From Phaeosaccion multiseriatum (lineage: Eukaryota; Protista; Ochrophyta, other classes): 64,000 nucleotides of DNA. The DNA lies in NCBI GenBank assembly GCA_965112735.1, contig OZ218961.1:1984001-2048000 (forward strand), given 5' to 3'. The position numbers were made by a program, and so were the translations under genes. Positions 58,301 through 64,000 of the stretch are shown in pieces; position 1 is the stretch's first letter, and each line of letters begins with the position of its first letter. A model generated the notes under the pieces. The model did no database searches and was not told where the DNA came from. It worked only from the letters and a program-made list of their open reading frames with translations.

Positions 58301-59220
58301 GCGGGATAAAGCGGTGGGAAAAGGCTCTGCCACCGAGTCTAGGGGAGAGGGAGAGGGAGGGTGAGAGGGGGGGTGGAGAGGGAGAGGGGGAGGGAGAGGG
58401 AGGGTGAGAGGGGGGGTGGAGAGGGAGAGGGAGAGGGAGAGGGAGAGGGAGGGTGGAGAGGGAGAGGGGGAGGGGGAGGGAGAGGGAGAGGGGGAGGGAG
58501 AGGGGGAGGGAGAGGGAGAGGGAGGGTGAGAGGGGGGGTGGAGAGGGAGAGGGAGAGGGAGAGGGAGGGTGAGGGGGAGGGGGAGAGGGGGAGGGAGAGG
58601 GAGAGGGAGAGGGAGAGGGAGAGGGAGGGTGAGAGGGGGGGTGGAGAGGGAGAGGGAGAGGGAGAGGGAGAGGGAGAGGGAGGGTGGAGAGGGAGAGGGG
58701 GAGAGAGAGGGAGAGGGAGAGGGAGAGGGAGAGGGAGAGGGAGGGTGAGAGGGGGGGTGGAGAGGGAGAGGGTGAGGGAGAGGGGGAGGGAGAGGGAGGG
58801 TGAGAGGGAGGGGGAGAGGGGGAGGGAGAGGGAGAGGGGGAGGGAGAGGGAGAGGGAGAGGGAGAGGGAGGGTGAGAGGGAGGGTGGAGAGGGAGAGGGG
58901 GAGGGAGAGGGAGGGTGAGAGGGAGGGGGAGAGGGGGAGGGAGAGGGAGAGGGAGAGGGAGAGGGAGAGGGAGAGGGAGAGGGAGAGGGAGAGCAGGAAA
59001 GAGGGAGAGGGGAGGGGGGGAGAGGAAACAATAGAGACAGCGAGAGAGGAGGGTCAAAGACGGTCGTACTTGTGCCGTACCTTCTTGATGCATCCCCTTC
59101 GCTGTCGGCACTGCCGGAAACGAGACTACTGCCGCTGCTGCTGCTTCCACTGTTAGCGGTACTTCCTCTTTTTGAGCCACTCATGCCGAATCTTCCCCCC
59201 TCTGACGCATCCCTGAGAAC

Positions 59221-59255
<35 letters not shown>

Positions 59256-59505
59256 CATCAGAGTGGGGAGAGAGGTGGGGAGAGAGTGAGAGCGAAGTGG
59301 AGAGAGAGAGGGGAGAGAGGGAGAGAGGGATAGAGGGATAGAGAGAGAGGGATAAGATAGAGAAAGATTGCGAGAGAGAGAGGGAAGGAGAGGGAAGAGA
59401 AAAGAGGGAGTGAGAGGAAGGGGGGTGAGCTACTGGGAGGGAGGAGAGATACGAAGAGGAGAAGAGAGAGGCATGTGGGAGGGGTGGAAAGAGACGGAGT
59501 GTGAA

Positions 59506-59547
<42 letters not shown>

Positions 59548-60263
59548 GAAGAGCGACGCACCCACAAAGAGAGACAGAGAGCGACAACTCCCTTAGCTCT
59601 ACAGTTCAGTACCAAGGGACATATCTCTTTATACATCAGTGAAAATGAAATAAGCACGCACGTTCCCTCGATCACACCTTAGTGGCGCTCGGTAGGGCAA
59701 GGATTTGCTCATTGATCTTCGAGCCTCTACTCTTGGAGCTTCGCTCCATCGCCCGGCGGGTAGGGCTGGCGCGCGACTGAGAAGTAAGAGGGGGAGAGAA
59801 GGAAGAGTGAGAAAGCAGGGGAGGGTCAACGTAGGCTAATGAGAGAGCAGGGGAGAGTAGTAGATTGCAGGTGACCTGGCGCTTGGGTGGGTGGAGGTGA
59901 GTACAGAACGCACAGAACAAGGAGGAAGAGAAAAGAAGAGAAGAAGAGTTGGCCGGAGGGACCGAGTTGGTCGACGTGAGAGGAACGGAAGAGGATTCTT
60001 TGTTCCTGAACACCAGAAGTGATCCAGTTGCAGTATCAAGAGAGGTTTAGAGAACGAAGCGTCTCTTTCCCTCCTCAATGAACACAACACCATCGCTTGC
60101 TCTGCCTATCGTCCACACCCTGCCTCTGCCCTCCTTCGCCCGCACTAACCCGCACTGAGCTGTAGTTCAGCCTGGCCCGATTTCGGGTCTGTGGTAGAGA
60201 AGCAAATAGCCTTCTCTTCTCCCAGACATCGGCCTTGAACCTCTCCTCCGCTGCTGCCGCCAT
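37631..60263 (-). CDS. Large multi-exon ribonuclease-inhibitor-like leucine-rich repeat protein
   Basis: LRR exons between ~50060 and 53460: LVLRDNRLTDLGIQAVVNAI, VLDLSLNKLDSVAAASLCEYL, LTFLDFSDNQIGG, LRSLNLSWNSLGADSGILLGQAL, LTELLLAFNAIGDKGACALGNAL, LKDIRLCGNALGSHGGRAL. C-terminal exons include QRLGWLNVFNPYKADITYDLDF (~38680-38830). Probable ATG at 60263. The full exon set and both ends are uncertain, and this could be two genes. Confidence 0.7.
39638..39928. repeat. (CAGT)n microsatellite, ~290 nt, intronic
   Basis: Seen directly. Confidence 0.95.
44385..45207. repeat. (CCCTA)n/(CCCCT)n tract followed by a ~560-nt (CACT)n microsatellite, intronic
   Basis: Seen directly. Similar (CACT)n/(AGTG)n tracts occur at 2040-2270, 8112-8400, 16980-17185, 28486-28649 and 53177-53375. 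Confidence 0.95.
48033..48200. repeat. (CCCTATA)n heptamer array, intronic
   Basis: Roughly 20 or more units of ataccct, degenerate at the edges. Confidence 0.92.
51805..52095. repeat. 26-nt minisatellite (agcacacgccttgcttgac(c/t)tcaaca), about 11 units, intronic
   Basis: Head-to-tail units with no spacers. Confidence 0.93.
55909..56120. repeat. (GGGA)n microsatellite, intronic
   Basis: Seen directly. Confidence 0.95.
58340..58992. repeat. (GAGAGG)n purine tract with higher-order repetition, intronic
   Basis: Seen directly. Confidence 0.9.
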
Positions 60264-60964
60264 AGATCCCCTCTCTCCACAACAACAAAAATATAACGGG
60301 TTATGCTTCTTGCTTGCCGCTGCTACTCCCCCCCTTGCGCCCGCCTTCCCTCACGGCGATATGCGGGTCCTAGCCAACAGAGGCTTCGTCCTTTCATCTC
60401 AGCTAACGAAGGACGCTAACTTTACACGCCTCGTCTCTCCATCATGCCGTCGGACAAGTGGCGTTTCGAAATCGTTGGCATATTACAGATCTCAAATCCC
60501 AATGGACTTGATTTGCCATAAAGGGATGAATGTGTAAAAGCTTTTTTCGTAGTAAAACAAAAAAGCTGGTCAGGAGCTTCTGGACCAAGCCCCGCACCGG
60601 TTTCTGCGCGTCAAACCCTCCTCTCCCCCTTCCCCTCCCTTTCATATGCTTTCCCGTCCCTCCCTCTTCTCCGCCCTTCCCTTTCCCTCTTCTTTTGGCG
60701 TGACGTCACGGCGCAGCCAGCAAGTCCGAGCAGGCAGAAAGCAGCAACCCACCACGTACCATACAGTGACCAAAGGGAAAGCAAAGCCCAAACACACACA
60801 CACCACCGCGTAACATATGCCTCCTTCTCCTCCTCCCCCTTCTCCCCTCCTCCTCCTCCTCCTCCTCCTCCTCCTCCTCCTCCTCCTCCTCCTCCTCCTC
60901 CTTCTCCCCTCCTCCTTCTCCCCTCCTCCTCCTCCTCCCCACCCCCCCACCCCCTCCTCCCCCT

Positions 60965-61960
60965 TCAGTAGCTCCTACCCCACAGCACCCAACATGTGGC
61001 AGGAAGTCCCGACACGAAGCACTTGGTCCCAGGCTCCAGCGGCGGCGGAGAGAAGGGCTTACAAAGCGTCTTGGCCGCGACTGGGGTGGCGCTCCTTTCA
61101 TCCTCTTCCCCCTCTGCCCCCAGAGCCTCGTCCCTGCTCATGGCCTTGACCTTCTCCTCCCACTCGTCTTGGTCGCACCAAGGTGTCAGGACCATCTTGT
61201 CTTCGTTCAGGCGAGGGACAAAGTCCTTCCACTCGTACACCTTTGTGGGGGGGGGATGGCAAAGGATGGGATGGGGAATGGATGGATGGCAACGGATGGA
61301 TGATGAATGGATGGATGGCAATGGATGGATAGGCAATGGATGGATGAGCACGGATGGCATTGGATGGCGGTAAATGGGGTATTGAAGGGGGTAGAGTATC
61401 GGTGGAGAAGGCGAAGTAGAGGGTACGCGTGCGAGATCAAAGACCGCAGAACATCGAAGACCTCCTTTGAAACAAAAGCACATACAAACTGGAGGAGTGA
61501 TAAAAGCCAAAAGAAAGGAGCGGCTACAAAGCGGTCTGCTCCTCCTTGTCCCTCCTTGTCCCTCCTTCCTCTACTTCTCCTTGCACCTCCTTCCTTTGCT
61601 CCTCCTTATCCCTCCTTCCTCTACTTCTCCCTGTCCCTCCTTCCTCTTCTCCTCCTTGTCCCTCCTTCCTCTTCTCCTCCTTGTCCCTCCTTCCTCTGCT
61701 CCTCCCTGTCCCTCCTTCCTCTTCTCCTCCTTGTCCCTCCTTCCTTACCTTGCAGAGGCATTCGTCCCTCTCCTTGAGAGCCTTGGCAAAGAGGCTTGAC
61801 TGAATGTCCTCAAGCAAGCGAAGACTGGTCTCCTTCAGCTCTGACACTTTGACGTTCATCTTCTCTCCTGTGTCGCGTCGAACAATCACGACCTGCTCAC
61901 TCTCCATGTCGCGGGGCCCGATTTCGATCCTCAGTGGTACACCCTGTTTGAGGGGGAGAG

Positions 61961-61995
<35 letters not shown>

Positions 61996-62103
61996 ACGCA
62001 GACGCATGCAGGCAGATGCATATACGCACGCACACCGCACACGCAAATACCATGCAAACACACATAGACATACACATACACACATAGGCACATACACACA
62101 CGC

Positions 62104-62134
<31 letters not shown>

Positions 62135-64000
62135 ACGGAAAGATGGGACATGAGTTTGTGGGGATTTGGGGGGACAGCTACGTGACTGACTGACTGACTG
62201 ACTGATTTACTCAGTTGAAGAGGAAGTCACTCAGTCACTGACTCAGTCACCCGGCTGCTGCACACGTGTGCGTATCTAAGCCCCCCCCCCCCTCAACAGA
62301 AGATGTGCAAACTCCCCACAGAAAGACATGTCAACTCAGATCTTTCCCAAGAAGACATCTTAATAACCCCCCACAGAAGGAACACATGTTCGCCCCCCCA
62401 AAGAAAAGGGAAGACGTTCTTTTCGTGTACACTAACTACCCTACTGACCCTGACCCTGACGGGAAGAGTCCACAGTTTCATTCTGGATTTTCTACATTGT
62501 ACATGCCCAGATGCTCACCTTCTGCTCCCAGTGATTGTACTTGAAGCCGGCGGTGTAGTTCGTTCGATCGTCCTCCTTCACACGCACCCCGGCCGCCTTG
62601 AGCACGTCGTGCACATTCTTGCTGTACGGGCTGATCATCTCCGGAGGACACTTCTTGCTGATGATGGGAATCACCACCGCTTGTAGAGGGGAGACGCGAG
62701 GAGGCAGCACCAAACCGCGATTGTCCCCGTGCACCATTACGCACACACCAATGCTGCGGGTGGTGATACCCCAGCTCGTCTGAATCGGTCGGGCGGCCTT
62801 GCCGTCCTTGCCCTCGTAGGAGATGTTGAACATATCCCCAAAGCCTGTGCCCAGGTTGTGGCTCGTTGCCCCCTGAATTGCCCGGCCACTCCCAGTGATG
62901 TACGCCTCGACGGTGGTCGTCATGACGCCGCCTGCGAACTTCTCCCCCTCCGTCTTGTACCCAGGAATCACGGGCACAGCAAGCAACTCCTCGTACACCC
63001 TCCGATAGAGCTCCAGCGCGGCCATGACCATCTCCTGCGCTTCCTCCTCCGTCTCGTGGGCCGTGTGCCCCTCTTGCCACAGGAATTCTCGACTACGCAA
63101 GAATGGAGTGGGGTCCTTAAACTCCCACCTGACCACATTGCTCCACTGATTGAGTTTGAGGGGCAGGTCCCGGTGACTCTGGATCCACTTGGCAAAGCAC
63201 GGGTACATGATGGTCTCGCTGGTCGGTCGCACAGCAATCGGCTCAGCGAGGTCCTCCTCCCCCGACCTTGTCACCCATGCTACTTCAGGAGCGAAGCCCT
63301 CGACGTGGTTCTCCTCTGCCTCGAGAGCCTTCTTGCTCACAAAGAGTGGGAAGTATGAGTTGGACACATCGTGGTCCTCCTTGATGCGCGTGTCGAACCA
63401 CCTTTGAATGTGCTCCCACACCTGTTGGTGATACATACAGGGAGGGAGGGAGGGATTGAGGGAGTGAGGGAGTGAGGAAGCGAGCGAACCTCCTCCATTC
63501 CTTCCTTCCTTCCTTCCTTCCTTCCTTCCTTCGTGCATGCGCTCCCCCACCTGAAAGGCCCACGGGCGCAGGATGTAGCAGCCCGAGATGTCGCTATAGT
63601 CGATCATCTCACTGTATGTGATGACCTGTTACAAGTTTCATGACGGACAGATGGGGTTTATGGCGGTTACACTACATGACGGACAGATGGGGTTGTATGG
63701 CGGTTACATTACATGACGGACAGATGCCGTTGTATAACGGTGACAGGTCCAGGTCAGGTGGGGCTGTGGGGACGGGCACTAGTAACAAACGTTACGTACA
63801 TACATACATACATGCATACATACATACATACATACATACATACATACATACATACGTACATACATACACACATACGTGCATACAATAGCTCCTTGGTTGG
63901 TATCGTGCTGGATACTGCTCTAACAAACTGAAACCGCATACCAAACCGAAACTGCACCCTCCAACCACTGACCTGTGTGTACCAGCCCGGGAAGTCCTCC
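60965..64000 (-). CDS. proS: Prolyl-tRNA synthetase (eukaryote/archaeal type), 5'-partial
   Basis: Exons 63973->64000, 63551-63625, 62519-63421, 61749-61943 and 60965-61240. Motifs: [86 protein letters not shown] and terminal WGRSY*. Confidence 0.96.

Noticed and set aside
44147-59565. Long low-complexity ORFs (THSL, PPSL, GREG, SPSP types)
   Set aside because: These are translations of intronic microsatellites.

Overview
Eukaryotic nuclear DNA that is GC-rich and intron-rich, with microsatellite-filled introns; it looks protist or algal (possibly stramenopile, not determinable here). Gene order: the 3' part of a coiled-coil protein gene (+); organellar ribosomal protein uL1 (+); a tandem segmental duplication on the minus strand; proteasome ATPase RPT3 (+); a ~22.6 kb RNI-like LRR gene (-); the 3' part of prolyl-tRNA synthetase (-). 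In transcription order the duplication reads: intact intron-containing bacterial-type NAD+-dependent DNA ligase > NLR-2 > 3'-half ligase pseudogene > NLR-1 > small ligase remnant. The most notable system is the pair of NLR-like genes. Once a separate first exon is spliced on, their architecture is PH-like domain, putative MLKL/HeLo-like helical bundle, variable-number 14-aa repeat, APAF1-type NB-ARC, then 15 or 16 near-identical 126-nt TPR units. Variation in these units is concentrated at about 8 codons, and variant blocks are shuffled between repeats and paralogues, which is consistent with a diversifying immune-receptor locus. Gene models were built by eye from splice sites and reading-frame continuity. 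Domain calls are motif recognition, not database results.
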